A stretch of DNA of 64,000 nt, taken from NCBI RefSeq assembly GCF_009914755.1, contig NC_060933.1, one strand, 5' to 3'. A program made the translations under genes and the position numbers. This DNA comes from the human T2T-CHM13v2.0 reference genome, Homo sapiens. Position 1 is the stretch's first letter, and every line of letters begins with the position of its first letter. This document shows positions 30,374 to 44,774 of this stretch, piece by piece. The notes beneath the pieces were generated by a model that did no database searches, was not told where the DNA came from, and saw nothing but the letters and a program-made list of their open reading frames with translations.

Positions 30374-31879
30374 GGGTTATAAATTTGTTATTCCTCTTGT
30401 GGTTGTTTGGGATGTGTATTTGTGTGTGTGTGCACATATACATATTATTGAATTTACGACGTTACTCCAAAGGCTTTTCTTTAACTATTTTGCTTGATGT
30501 ATATTCAACAATGATAGTCTCAAACAAACAAACAAAAAACAGACCACACATCTGATTTTTCACCAATACTGTTTATAGAATGAACCTGTATAGAGTCTGA
30601 AGTTATTCTGATGATAAATTGACTATAGGACTAGAAAAAACTATTTTGCCATTTTACAAACTCTCATTATGCACCTTATATAATAGTGCCAAGTTAATAA
30701 ATTTGCTTCTATGTTTATAGTCTGCAACGGAAAAAACTTACGAGGTACTATTTTCCAGATGAAAGTGAAAGTGATGACAGATTTTATTTCTTCACTTAAA
30801 TTATTAAGATATACCTTTATTATGTGAGCATAATCGATTTTATTGCAGGGAAGTCCCTTAATTCAGTAAAAAAGACAGGATTGCTTCTTGAATATTAAAA
30901 CATTTTCATCTTTTCAGTTTTGCTTTTCTTGATTATCTATTTTTCTTTTTACTGAGTAATGTATATCATTTTTAAATTAAATATAATTTAAATAATATTT
31001 TACAATAATCTAAAATGCTTCTGAATACTTCGTCAATAACTTTTGGATGTTCAATAACATTAAGAACGATTACATTTTTCAAATATTATTTTTGCATTAT
31101 TTATGTGTTTGCATTTTTACAAGTGTTCTAATCGCATATTGCAAGGCCAAATCAGAATTTTTAAAGACTTTATTTTATTAACATTTAATTATAGCAACAA
31201 TTAAGAAATAAAACAAAATGACATAAAATTTTAAATCATATGAATAAATTAAACCTATATATTTAAATTACTTTACAATTTTAGCATTTTTCATAAATGT
31301 ACAGAAATTTCATTTTGTGTCTGTTGTTATAATTATTACAATATTAAAATTATGTAATGGAAAAATAAATTAAGCATCAATTAAGACAGCATACATCTGT
31401 TGACAAAAGAAAGAGAAGGTATATTTGATTTCCTTGATTTTTTCCTCTCAAAATTGAGAAATAGTTTAATTTTATAAATCTATATCCATTTAAATTACTT
31501 AAGTCACCATTTTAGCCTAATTTTTTCATTTTCTAGATAGATTACTCTTCTTTTTTTTTTTTTTAAAAAAAGGTATCATTTATTCTGGTTACGGGTAAAA
31601 GACAACTTTAGATGTGCAAATATTTAGATATATAATCACAATTAGTATTTTTACTTCATGAAATCTTTAGGCGCAAACTTTGCTGTTCTAAACTAAAATT
31701 TGGATTCCAATTCAAAAGCTAAAGACTATCATAGTGTGATTATCCCAAATGAACTCTTTTACCTAACACTTACTGAAATTTCAAGATAAGTAGTATTGAG
31801 ATTCTACAAGTCAGTAAGAGGTCTTCTCCCTGTGAACTTTTAGGTTTTAAGGGCACAAGGAATTTAATGGCTACTGGGC

Positions 31880-32230
31880 TAAAGAATGTAATAACCACTA
31901 TTGTGCATATGATTTTAGTCATATAGGCAAAAAGCCTAGGAGTTACATTGTTTGGTCAGATGGCATAAGTACAATTAATTGCAATATAAATTGTCAGATT
32001 GTTTCAAAAAGCTCTACAATAAATTATTCTTCACCAGAAATATATGAGAGAACACTAGAAACAATAAGTCCAATAGATATCTTTAAATGCTACCTATTTG
32101 ATGGTTTTTCTGGTGACATTCCTGTGTTATTTTAATTTGTATTTTCTTTACCACCCATGAATCTTAACAGATTTTTCTATGAAAGTTCAGCACTTTGATT
32201 CATTCTTCTGTGGACTGACTGCCTGTGCCT
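31880..32230 (-). mobile_element. Old L1ME-type fragment
   Basis: ATTGTCAGATTGTTTC..CACCAGAAATATATGAGAG..TTTAATTTGTATTTTCTT. Confidence 0.45.
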
Positions 32231-32651
32231 ATCCACTTCCCTGGCTCTCTTGCTTGGTGTGTGCATGTGGCTTAGTTTTAGCAAATAGAATATTTGCTGT
32301 CCCTGAGCCTTAGTCTTAAATCCTTATACAAGCACTTTTTCTTGTTATCTTACCTGTTTGTCTGACTTGGGTGATGATTCTTAGAGTAATTTTGGTTGCC
32401 AAATGTTAAAGTTAGTAGAACTACTATAAGCCTCTGAGTGGCTAAATGGTAGTTATTTCTGTGGCCTGAATACTCTTATGAGATATTCAGAGAGATTGAG
32501 AGGGAAGAATTATTTTTGAAGACATGGAATTTTTATTTTCTATTCCTTAGAACAGTTTAGTTTACCCTAAATAGTAACTACCTATTATTTTCCTCTGCTA
32601 ATTTTTCTTGAGGCTCCTAACTTTATCAGGTGAATTTTAAGACATCTGTGA

Positions 32652-32995
<344 letters not shown>

Positions 32996-35459
32996 TTACC
33001 TTTTTGTCATCTATTTAACAAAATATTTGCTCAAATATATCCTTCCATCTGACAACTATTTAACATTACTTTTCTAATATTTTTACCTTATTGCTGCTGA
33101 CTTGATACATTTTTATTCATTCCACTACATCCTTGTTATTTTGGAAGATCTATCCTTTATTTCTTTATTAAGGGGTATCTTCAATTTTTTGACCTCACAA
33201 TTAGATGCATAATTTTCAAGTACTATTTGAAATAAAGATGCCTTCTATTGTCTTAGCAAATTAGTCAATTTCTCTACTTACCCCTCCTCAATAAGTTGAC
33301 AAATTCAAAAAACATAAATTTCCCCATTTCTTTTTCACCACTCCCCTCCAAGAAACCTTGGAACCAGTTTGTTCCAAGGTTTGTTCCCACCAAAGTCTAG
33401 ATTATACAAAAATATTTTAGAATGTTAACGATATATTGTTAGTAAAATTCTTCTATTGAATAGTTTATGATAATTTGTCAACATGAAATGTTAAGCAGAC
33501 ATTGAATACCAACTAGAGCTATCCATATTCTCTTAACGGGATTTCCATTGAGTTATTGATGAAAGATAAAGTGATATAAAGAAAATGTGTATACACCGAG
33601 TGCAAAATATTTTATACCCTTTATGTGGCCATGAATATTAAATCACAGCTATGGGAGGAAATTGCCAAATACATATATTAGGCTGTTAAAAACTGTTTTT
33701 CTGAGCTCTGGAAACTGATGGATAGGCATAGCAGAAGAGAGCAGAAGCAAGCCAAGAAATCAAGGAAAGGATACAGCTATATAACAAGAAATAAAATAAA
33801 AGTACGTAATGTAATTCCCTTAGAAAATGAAGTAGGGTGACTGAGAAGATGTGGAGAACCTTTATACCAATGTCCTTTTTCTAATCAGATTTGATTATAA
33901 AACATCGACATAAAATCAATATATGTGTATTATATTCATTTCAATTTTAATTTCAAGACCTAATTTTGCTGTCTTAAAGATCATGGATAACTCCATCTTA
34001 TCTCAGTGTTCAATCTATAATTCATTAAAACAGTTTTCAAAAGAATTTTCAAAATACTTTATTATGATTACAACCATACTTAATCTTCAATTAGGACATA
34101 CTATGTGATAAATACTATGGTGAAGTACTTCTCAATAATCCATATTCTTAAACACAACAAGTTCTAGGATCAAACTGCTTAAATTTATATATTTGCTCAA
34201 TCACTTGCAACATAAATATTTTACAGATGAAGAAACTAAAACACTTTTTTTTTTCTCCGAAACTGTTTCAGGGCTAACTTACTCATGAGCTTGGTAAAAA
34301 TAAAAATTATTAGATACCTTGTGGATCCGTTGCATACATTTCAAATTTAAGTTTTTGAAGCACTTTTTGAAAAGACTTCTTTATGTGACATTTGTTCATT
34401 AAAAACACAGTGATTCTTTTTTGAAATATGATCCAATTGTAAAATATCCTGTGTCTAGAAATGAATTTATTTTCCTAACAAAAATGAATTAAATTATTAA
34501 TTAATTAAATTCTCAGAACCATTATTTAAACCAAGTGTGTTGATCCTACAACCAGTGAAAATAATCCCTACAATGCTAAAAATGTGTGTGCTATTATCCA
34601 TCTATTTCCTAGTTCATTAAAGCCAAGTTATCATAATCTGGACTTTTTACCAAAGATTTTCAGGGATGTCAAAGGTTTTTACTCCTAAATTTAATATGCT
34701 GAAATATTACTTTATGTTCTATTTATTTTTATTCATTTAAAATAACATTTTTCTCTATGTTGCGATTGCAAAAATTAACTTATTTACATATATACATGAT
34801 GTCATGATATACTCTAGGCACAATTTTGGATATTTCCTTTTCCCAATCTGTTTAACTTACACAGGTAATCAATATATGTAATCACCAAGCAAAAGACCTT
34901 CATTGGTTTCTATTTTGTTATTTTTTCCTCTGGAAAAGAGTTTAAGATAGTTTTAACATGAAGAATAGCAACCATATTTTTTGCATACTGTTATTTCTTC
35001 AAAGACGCTTAATCTATATAAACAAATTTTAAAAACCCTGGTATCAGTTAGGTAAAATCTCTGAGATTTAAAATATTTACTAAGCTACCAAATGTTAAGC
35101 AACACGGGATTCTGAGAGATTGGCCAATGGCAAGGATTGTAAGGGAACAAAAACTTGGAAACAATGCTGTTTGTCGACATCTTGAATAATTTGCTGTGCC
35201 TCTATTTTATGTCACAGTATTTCCACTTCCAGGCCTATACAAATAAATAAAATCAGTGTTATACACAGAATAGGTACGCACACACACACAAGCGTTCAGA
35301 TATAAAGATTTCAACTGTAGCATCATTTGTAATAAACAATATTGGAAACAATGTTGGTATATATTGCTAAGAAAATGTGTCGAGATCAATTTAGTATAAT
35401 TATATAATGAGATATATGATTATTTCATTTCTTTATGGAATGAGTGTAATGGGAAAATC

Positions 35460-35910
35460 CAGTGGAAAGCTTACGTTAAAGCTAAGAAAGTTAAATCTTT
35501 AAGACCTTTCATGTGTATGGGTCTTTCTCGGGGTCATACGAGTTTTGCAAAATTTGCTATGTAAGATGCTTAATTAAAAATAAGAAAAGCCACACCTGTT
35601 TTGACTCCCATTTGCCTTTAGTCATTTATCTCCCTGTCAGGTAGTGCGGGTCCAGCCTACAGCACTTTTAGTATTCAGCTAAGGGGAAGTTGAATAGAGA
35701 CATATTTAATTTCAGTTCATTGAGGTTAATGTGCTTGATTTAAAGCCACTTCCATGTAAAATGAAGTTGTTTCTGGCAGTTCAGAGACTTTCTATTGCTC
35801 ACTCCATAGATTCATCCAGTGTCGTAGCACAGAGGTGCAGAGGCAGGAATGTTGTGAGACACATGTCATGCAGTACTTGGTACCAGAGGCTGCAGAGAAG
35901 GAAAGAAACA
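35460..35910 (+). mobile_element. MER115/Zaphod (hAT-Tip100) 5' portion
   Basis: CAGTGGAAAGCTTACGTTAAAGCTAAGAAAG start, TTTTGCAAAATTTGC, CAGCTAAGGGGAAGTTGA. Confidence 0.65.
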
Positions 35911-36429
35911 GCTGCCCTTAACCTAGCTCTCCTTTCCACTAATTCTTACCGTGGTGGTGATGTGGTGAGAACCAGATGTCCTACATGTAAGGGGATCTGC
36001 TGTAGGCAAAGAACTCTGGAAAAAAGAACCTGAGCATTTTTGTGGAAGAGTGACCCAGTTGCTCTGACCCCCTTCTGAGTGTGTCTCCATAGTCACAAAA
36101 CGGAAAAAAGTCTGAGTTCTTACTCTAACCACTTGGATAAAAATAAATCTCTCTAGGGGAAAGATAACACTAGAGTCTCCAGCTTTGTAACTTCTGGGAT
36201 GCATCTACTGGGTCTCATCTTCTCTTGAAATGTAAATATATATCCCTAGTGAGGTAAATCCCTCAGGATGGCCCCTAACCATGTTCTTTCTGTGAATTAA
36301 TTTCCAGAGCTAGTTCTTAGCGTAGAGCAGAAGTCTGAGTAAAATTTGTTGAGAAAGTTCTTACTATGCATAAATTATTTACAGCCTAACACTATCCATT
36401 AAAATCAATAAGAGAAAGACAAACTAATC

Positions 36430-37000
36430 CAAAATGACTCTGCAATCGGGGCTCTAAAACAATGCAGGTTGACTGTAATTGTTAAAATGAATTTGGAAGG
36501 TATTTGATCTTATCTGTTAAAATTAAGTATATGCATACCCTGTGACCAATAATTCTGCTACTATCATCCAACAGGAACACATAAACATATTCAGCAAATG
36601 TACAAAATTTTTTATTAAAGAATTATTCACAACAGCTTAAATTGGAAGTTTTGCAGTTATCCATCAAGAGTAAAATAAACACATCATAGCATATATATAC
36701 ATACATGGAGTATTATCAAGCAAGAAGGATAAATGGTATACCCAAGAGAGCTTTGATGACTCTCCTAAATACATTTCTGAGTAACAGAAGCCATCCAGAA
36801 AAGAATATATATTGTTTAATTCTATTATAAAAGTTCAAAAATAGGTTAAAAAAAGTCTATGTTATTAGCAATCAGAATAATAATTACTTGCAGATGGAGC
36901 AGATGGTAATTTAAGGGAATTTTATTGTGAAATATGTACAATCACTTTGTTAAAATTAATTAACTATATACTATTTGTGTATTTCAATAAAAATGTTTAA
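36430..37000 (+). mobile_element. Old L1ME-type 3' fragment
   Basis: TGCATACCCTGTGACC, AGAAGCCA..CAGAAAAGAATATATATTGT..ATTC, ends TTTCAATAAAAATG. Confidence 0.6.
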
Positions 37001-37044
37001 TAAACTATCTCATCGTTGTTATTTACATTTATTAAATAGCATTT

Positions 37045-37664
37045 AGGCATGGGTGAAAAGGTTTAACTTGACTGGCCTGAATTGCTCAAATACTATACAT
37101 TCCAAAGAGGGGTCCCTCTGCAGGACTAGACCTTAGACTAGGAGTTCATCTCTGAGCCCTTGGAGTATTTTGCTTGATAAAAGTGTTCTTGTTTTCCTGA
37201 AGTCTTGGGCCATACTCTCCCAGTTCGACCAGAAAAGGTTATGTTATCAACGTGACTTATGTGAACATCTGTTTTTACTCTGGGTGTAGGAAGAAAGTTG
37301 TGCTTAAATGTCATGGAGCTGAGGTCAATCATATGGGCATTACATGACTATGCGACTGATCCCAGTAAACACCTTCGACAACTAGGCTCCAGCGAGTGTT
37401 CCTGGTTGGCAATGCTTTGTACTTTACATATTGTTGTTGGGATAATTAAACATGTCCCCATGCAACTGCTCTGGGAGGGGACACCTGAGAGCTTGGACTT
37501 GGTTTCTCCTGGAGTTCACTTCATTTGTCTTTTCTCTTAGCTGACTTCTATCTGTACTGTTTTTACTGTAATATACTGTAACAATGAGTACTACAGCTTC
37601 TGATTCCCTTAGAGACTTCCAATAAATTACCAGGTCTCAAATGGTCTTGGGAACCCCTGGCATA
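37045..37664 (+). mobile_element. MER77/MER21-group solo LTR (ERVL)
   Basis: CTCTGAGCCCTTGGA, CCTGGTTGGCAATGCT, CTGGGAGGGGACACCTG, GGTCTTGGGAACCCC. Confidence 0.7.
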
Positions 37665-38160
37665 TTACTGAACTTAAAGTTTTCAGAATATCTGTATTTG
37701 GTATATTCCATGGCAAGCACTATATCCATCACACTTTTTCATTTATTGACATAACTCCAAATATTTCCACATATCTAAAATTCAGGAAAGTAACCCTATC
37801 CTTACCTCTGAGGATAAAGCTTGTTAAGCATAGGTAAACCATGATAATTTAAATTCACCTGTTTGTGACTGACTTTTTTTAATGACTGTTTTTAGTCAAG
37901 AAAATGTGAGGGTAGGTCTGCCAAGAGCTACTGAAAAGAGTTACATTTTCTAAAAAAAAAAAATCCTCATCTTTTCTCTTTGAGAATAATTTGTGGTGTT
38001 TCTGAAATCATTGTCTGCCCATAAAGAGAGATTACTTAAACAAAAAGTCTGTATAAAATATGACTACAGAGAAAGATGAGAAAAAAATCATATTCTTGAT
38101 TAATTTATTGATCTGTTAAATTAATAGTCTTGGAAGTAGATCCCTCTTTGGACTTCCAGT

Positions 38161-38460
38161 TAGAGACAGGGCCTTACTCTATGGCCCAGGCTGGAGTGTA
38201 GTAGTGCCACCATAGCTCATTGTGTAGCTCACCGCAACCTCAAACTCCTGGACTCAAGCAAACCTCCTGCCTCAGCCTCCCAAGTGGCTGGAATACAGAC
38301 CGGTGCCACCATGACCACACCTGGCTATTTTTTTTTCAGTTGTAGAGCTGAGGTCTCCCTATGTTGCTCAGGCTGGTTTTGAACTCCTGGCCTCCAGTGA
38401 GCCTCCCACCTCAGCCTCCCAAAATGCTGGGATTCCAGGCATAAGCCACCAGACCTGGCC
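38161..38460 (-). mobile_element. AluJ, tail-less, with a small internal duplication
   Basis: CATAGCTCA, AACTCCTGGACTCAAGC, CTATGTTGC AluJ diagnostics; TAGCTCA repeated 12 bp apart at ~38213-38231. Confidence 0.9.
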
Positions 38461-38514
38461 TATTTATAGTTTAAATTTTCTCATCGTCTAAATAAAAGAT
38501 CTAAAACTAATTGT

Positions 38515-38847
38515 CTAAGTTGGTGGAGCAGTCAGAACACACACATTTATTGATTAAATTCATTGTCATATATGGATGTGGTTCATGGTGCCCAAAACAA
38601 TTACAATAGTAACATCAAAGGTCACTGGTTACAGATTATCATATCAAATATAATTATAGTTAAAAAGTTTGAAATATTGTGAGATTTACCTAGATATGGC
38701 ACAGAGATACAAATGAACACATGCTATTACAAAGTGGTGCCAATAAAGTTGCTTGATGCAGGGTGGTCATAAACCTTCAATTTGTGTAAAACACATTATC
38801 TGTGAAGCCAAGTGAAGCAAAGCACAATCAATTGAAGTATGTCTATA
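38515..38847 (-). mobile_element. Tigger1 5' end fragment
   Basis: GCAGTCAGAACACAC, CCAAAACAATTACAATAGTAACATCAAAG, AAACCTTCAATTTGT match the reverse complement of the Tigger1 left end. Confidence 0.85.
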
Positions 38848-38879
38848 TTCCACTGCCTTTTTAGAGTGTATATAGTTGT

Positions 38880-39060
38880 ATTACATAACATACATAATAT
38901 ATATACAAATATATATAATATATATACAAATATATATAATATATATACTTGGGTATATGTAATATATATTATATATATTTGTATATATATTATACATACA
39001 TATTATATACATATATAGTATACATATATATTATACATATATATTATATATATATATATT
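38880..39060. repeat. TA-rich low-complexity tract with a 21-bp tandem unit and an inverted repeat
   Basis: Directly visible. Confidence 0.9.
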
Positions 39061-39398
39061 TGATATGGACTGTGTCTTGTTTCCCCAAAATTAATATATT
39101 GAAGCCTTAACTCTCAATGTGTTAGCATTTGGAGGTGGGACCTTTGGAAGTAATTAGGTTTAGATGAGCCCATAAGGATGGGGTCTTCATGATGGGATTA
39201 GTGCTCTTACAGGAAGAGACCAGAGAGCTAACGCTTTCTATTCACTATGTACGTACATAGGAAAAAGGCAGCCCTTTGAAAGCCCAGAAGATGACCCTCC
39301 TCAGACTTGCCAGGTTCAAGAACTATAAGAAATAAATGTCTATTGTTCAGACCAGCGCCTATCTTATTTTTATATAGCAGCCTGAGCTTACTAAAACA
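39061..39398 (+). mobile_element. MLT1A0-type MaLR solo LTR
   Basis: TGATATGGACTG...TAATTAGGTTTAGATGAG...GATGGGATTAGTGC...CTAAAACA. Confidence 0.85.
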
Positions 39399-40713
39399 AT
39401 TAAGAAAAAACAGCAAAGCAAACAAACAAAAGCAACTATGTTTAAAACTCCTGGAAAAATAATTTATCTTCTGTGCAGCTGTTTTTTTAAGATTTTCCTT
39501 TAATGTATTTCCTCTCATTTTTCTTGCGTCTTATTTGGAGTCTGTAGTAGCATAGTTCTTAATTTGCTTATCAAGTAATTTACATCATATTAAACATGAA
39601 TTTCAACCAGCAAAGAATATTATTAAAACTTCTGGACTAATGTTATTCACTTGTATTCTTTCCTACTACCCGGAAATGCTTTTGCTGGCAATGATTTCTC
39701 CTTTGATGTTGTGAAGTTTCGGGCCATTGTTAGAGAAACAGGTCCACTTGCCGATTAGCAGGCAGTAGGCTTTGTGACCTAAGTTCAGTAACAGAAGATC
39801 ATTACTTTCTCTGGCAATTTGATACAACATGCTTCATATATTCCAAAATTCATCAATTTTCTGCTCTGTTGATGTCCTCCTTTATTATGTTAAAGAGTTG
39901 CCACAGTATAGTTTATTCATAATGCTATTTTCAGTTGAATTGCTAGAGCTCCACTTTAGCATTTTAAAATCATATTATCGCATGTTTATTTCCAAATTAA
40001 AATCCTCTCTTAAAAATCAGGGATATCAGTATTCATCTCTTTTTATGTAAAAATATTAAAAAATTAGAAGCGAAATATCACAGAAGATATTTTAAATATG
40101 AAGACAAATAATGAAATAAGGAGAATTTTAAAAGCCAAATATTTTGGATCAGAGTAAGAAGTTAGTGGTAAAAGATAAAGGTTATCCAACAACCTTTTGC
40201 AAATGAAGCCAAAAAAGTAGGTTTGTGCAACAGTGAATAACTAAAATTACAACTCTTTTATATTTCATTAAAAAACATGCCCTTTTTCAAAATGTCAGAT
40301 CGGTTTAATCACACCATAAAATTATTTACCCAAAGTTAAGGAAAAATAGCATACTGTCATATAAGTAGAAAATTTAAATACACAATTGATATTTAACGTT
40401 CTCTAAGCAATGTAAAGATTTCTTTTAAGGCATCTAACAGAGTTGTATTTATTATTAGGGATCAAAAAGTGTATAAATTAGCACAATATATTTTATATAA
40501 AATGAATCTGATTGTGTTTTCTCTTATAAGAGTATACAATTATAATTCTGAATTTTGAATTTATTCTTAAACAAATAAAAACAACTGCTATATCTGAATT
40601 CTTGTTTTATGTCACTCTTGTGCATATTTTTTACTATCTATATTTTAGGCATTTTCTAGGTTAAGTATGCGCAGTTGGAGCTTACTCAATATAGCCTAGC
40701 AATGCTCCCTGTT

Positions 40714-41421
40714 TCTTTTTTTTAACCTTTAATTTCAGGGGTACATGTGCAGGTTTGTTATATAAATACATTTGCTTCATGGGGGTTTGTTTTACAGATT
40801 AATTCATTACCCAGGCATTAAGCCTATGATTCATTAGTTATTTTTCCAGATGGTCTCCCTCCCCCGACCTTCTGCCCTCTTGTAGGCCCCGGTGTCTGTT
40901 GTTCCCTTCTTTGTGTGCATGTGTTCTCATCATTTAGCTTGCACTTACAAGTGAGAGAATGTGGCATTTGTTTTTTCGTTCCTACATTCATTTGCTAAGG
41001 ATAATGGCCTTCAATTCCATCCATATTCCTTCAGAACACATGATCTCATTCCTTTTTATGGCTACATCTTATTCCCTGGTGTATATGTTCAACATTTTAT
41101 TTATCCAGTCTTTACTATTGATGGCCATTTAGGTCTATTCCATGTCTTTGTTAATGTGAATAGTGCTGCAGTGAACATATGTGTGCGTGTGTCTTTGTAA
41201 TAGAACAATGTATATTCCTTTGGATATATACCCAGTAATGGGATTGCTGGGTCTAATGGTAGTTCTGTTTTCAGGTCTTTGAGGAATCACCACACTGTTT
41301 TCCACAATGGCTGAATTAATTTACATTCCCTTTAACAGTGTATAGTGTTCCTTTTTCTCTGCAACCTTACCAGCACCTGCTATTTTTTGACTTTTTAATA
41401 ATAGCCATTCTGACTGGTGTG
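40714..41421 (-). mobile_element. 5'-truncated L1PA13-like
   Basis: GGGGTACATGTGCAGGTTTGTTA, CATGGGGGTTTGT, ATACCCAGTAATGGGATTGCTGGG; degenerate TSD GCTCCCTGTTTCTT/GCTTACTGGTTCTT. Confidence 0.88.
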
Positions 41422-42346
41422 CTTACTGGTTCTTAATCTCACCCACATCTTAGAATAATGTGGAACATTTCAAACTACCGACACCTCTTTCTAAAAACTG
41501 AAGTTCTGTTTTAATTGGACTTTAGTAGAGCCAAGAAATGAGTATTACTTAAAATCTTGCCATGTGATTCTACTAGGAAGCCAGGGTTCAGAGCCATGGA
41601 TTACATTTTTAATATAAATACACATTATTAGTTGAAGCAGTTTTAAGTTAGGATAGCTGTAACGTTGATTGAAAGGGGAATACTTAAAACAGAACCCTGC
41701 CTTGGGTCATCAAGACTTAAAAAATTCTTCTGTTTTTATTCTATTAAATATAATCATGCATTCACTTACTTTAGCATTTATAATTCTAAAACACATTGCA
41801 AATTTCACAAAACTACCATTTTCTAAATGTCAACACTCTAAATACACCATTTATTTTTCAAAGTAGTATATTCACTTCAAATTCCATTGCTGTGTCAAGA
41901 GTTAGTTGAACTTAAAATATAATTAATAGTTACTCAGCAAAAATAGAAAGATGTTAGCTGACTGTGTCAAAAGAAATATTTTAACACTGATTTCATTTTT
42001 ACTAAATGACTGAATTTGTCTTTATATTTTATGCTTAAGCTTCTCTGCTTTCTTTCTATTTTTTGTGGTTTAAATAAAGAACCATGATTATCTGTATAAC
42101 TGATTGCTCAAAGTAATTAATCATTTTTCTTATGAAATTACCAGGGTAAATTAAGAATCATAATTACAGAGTTTTCTCTTGTCTAGAGGAAACATACTGA
42201 GAAACTGTGTTAGGAAATTATTATTTCAAAACCCAGTCTAAGTTCTTAGCCACTGGACTTTAAAAAATACATATTACATATACTTTTTCTAACATGATTG
42301 AGAATATAGTTTGTTTCAGATTTCCACATTTCTTAAATGAAAACAA

Positions 42347-42654
42347 TAAAGAATTCAAAAGGCAAAAGGTACTGTAAAAAAAAAAGGTATTCGATCTCAT
42401 GTAAATGAGAATCCTACACTCTCACTGAATTTTACTAGAGGGGAACTTATTGTCACATCAGATTGTTTGTTCAAGATACTATTTCTGATGTATTTTATTA
42501 AAGAATTCAAAAGGCAAAGGTATTGTAAAAAAAGTTATTTGATCACATGTAAATGAAAATTCTACCTTCTTATTGAATTTTACTAATTAGAGGGATAATT
42601 ATTCTCGCATCAGGTTATTTGCACAAGATACTATTTCTGATCTATTTTATTAAA
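42347..42654. repeat. Two-copy tandem duplication, 152-bp period
   Basis: GAATTCAAAAGGCAAA at 42351 and 42503; both copies end CAAGATACTATTTCTGAT.TATTTTATTAAA. Confidence 0.92.
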
Positions 42655-42881
42655 AGTCACCATTTATCATTGGTTTTCATCTCATGTTATATATGCAAAT
42701 GAAACTCCTTTGAGTATGCAACGGTTATTTACTGCAGTGAATATTGTATAATCATATTTATCAAAATGTTCTTCTTTGAAATATTTTTCTAGTGCTTATT
42801 AGCAAACAGTTTTTATATTTGAGAAAGTGAAACGTGGACTTCAGAATCAGATTTAGGCCATATGGTAAGCCAGTTGCCTGA

Positions 42882-43380
<499 letters not shown>

Positions 43381-44345
43381 AAATTTGGATTTTCTTAATG
43401 CTCATCAGCGAAGGGGTGATGCATAGCTGGACCTAGATTGAAAGAGTAAAGAAAAATACTTATTAACCAACCCAGTATAATTAAGAAGTTTGTCTGTAAA
43501 TACTAGAACAATTGGTAGAAAAAACAAATACATATTCTCCCCTGAGAATCTGTAACATCAGGATTATCCATCATGTGTTGTTTGACTTCAAACTTTTAAA
43601 TTATACAGCCTTGAACCATGAACCATCAAATTAACAAATTAACATATAGATTATTTTCTGGCCATTGATACACTGGAAGTTTGGTGGAAGAGATGCAAAA
43701 TCATTCCAGAGCAAAAGCTGAAAATTTTTTTCTGCAAAGGGCAAGATAATAAACATCTTAGGCATTATTGACCATTTTAAAGAGCAGCTTATAGTCACCA
43801 AAAGGAATATCAACAAACTAGAAAGTGAAGATGAAGAATTATCCAGAATGCAGAATATGAACCAAAAGATAGAACATAAGATAAGCTGAAAGCCATGGAG
43901 GATTGAATAAAACTATCCAAGGAATATCTAAAAGAAATTCTGAAAAGAGAATAGTAGGAATAAAAATAATGGGATTATAATAGTTTGCTTCTACTTCTGG
44001 GATGAATGTAGTAGTTGTATAAGACACATACTCTTATTAAAATGACAAGAAAAAGCTGGATAAATTATAAAAGCCATATATTTTTTAAAGCATGAGGGAA
44101 CTGTAGAAACAATGATGAATAGATGAACTAAGAGTACAGACATACCTGAGTGTTCGAAATGGGCCAAAGAGCATGATGCATTCATAGCGTCTACTAGTCA
44201 ATTCTGGCACAAATTAGGAAGTAGAAGGCATGTTCAATGGAGGCAAAACAGTAATATATATATAAACATGTGGGTAAGTCTAAAGAAGCATTTGCTATAT
44301 TGAATCAAACAAATACAATAAAGTAAAACAAATACTAGAGAACAT

Positions 44346-44774
44346 TGTTAAGCTGAGTTAAGTTTGGCTCAAAGTGCCCATTGTACTTGCCTAATTAAGT
44401 TTGGCCCAAAGCGGCATCCATACATAGTGACTGTACTCTAACTTAATGTGTAGATAAGTTGTAAGCTAATGTAGATATATGGACTTGTAACCAAGCAACT
44501 GAGACTCAACCAATCATAGGAGCCAAACCCTTAGTCAATCCTAGGCTGAATGCTGCCAAATTATGCCCAAATAAGGCAAATATTGAACTGCACCAATCAG
44601 GGAAACTCTGAATATAATTTTATATGTTCTGGTTATAAATACATCTCACCACTCTGGATGTGGAGTCACTCTGAACGATCTTTGTTCTGGGATGGTGCCT
44701 ACTTCTCAAACCTTTTTCTTGGTCAAATAAACTTAGTGAAATTTAACATGTCTTAGTTGCATTTTTTTTAAACA
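44346..44774 (+). mobile_element. MER57/LTR54-group solo LTR (ERV1)
   Basis: TGTTAA...TTAAGTTTGGC start, CCAAATAAGGCAAA, CCAATCAG, TATAAA, AATAAA, ends AACA; 4-bp TSD ACAT at 44342-44345 and 44775-44778. Confidence 0.82.

Noticed and set aside
35731-36033. 100-aa ORF as a possible transposase or host exon
   Set aside because: Overlaps the degraded non-coding MER115/Zaphod end and has no hAT motifs I can recognise
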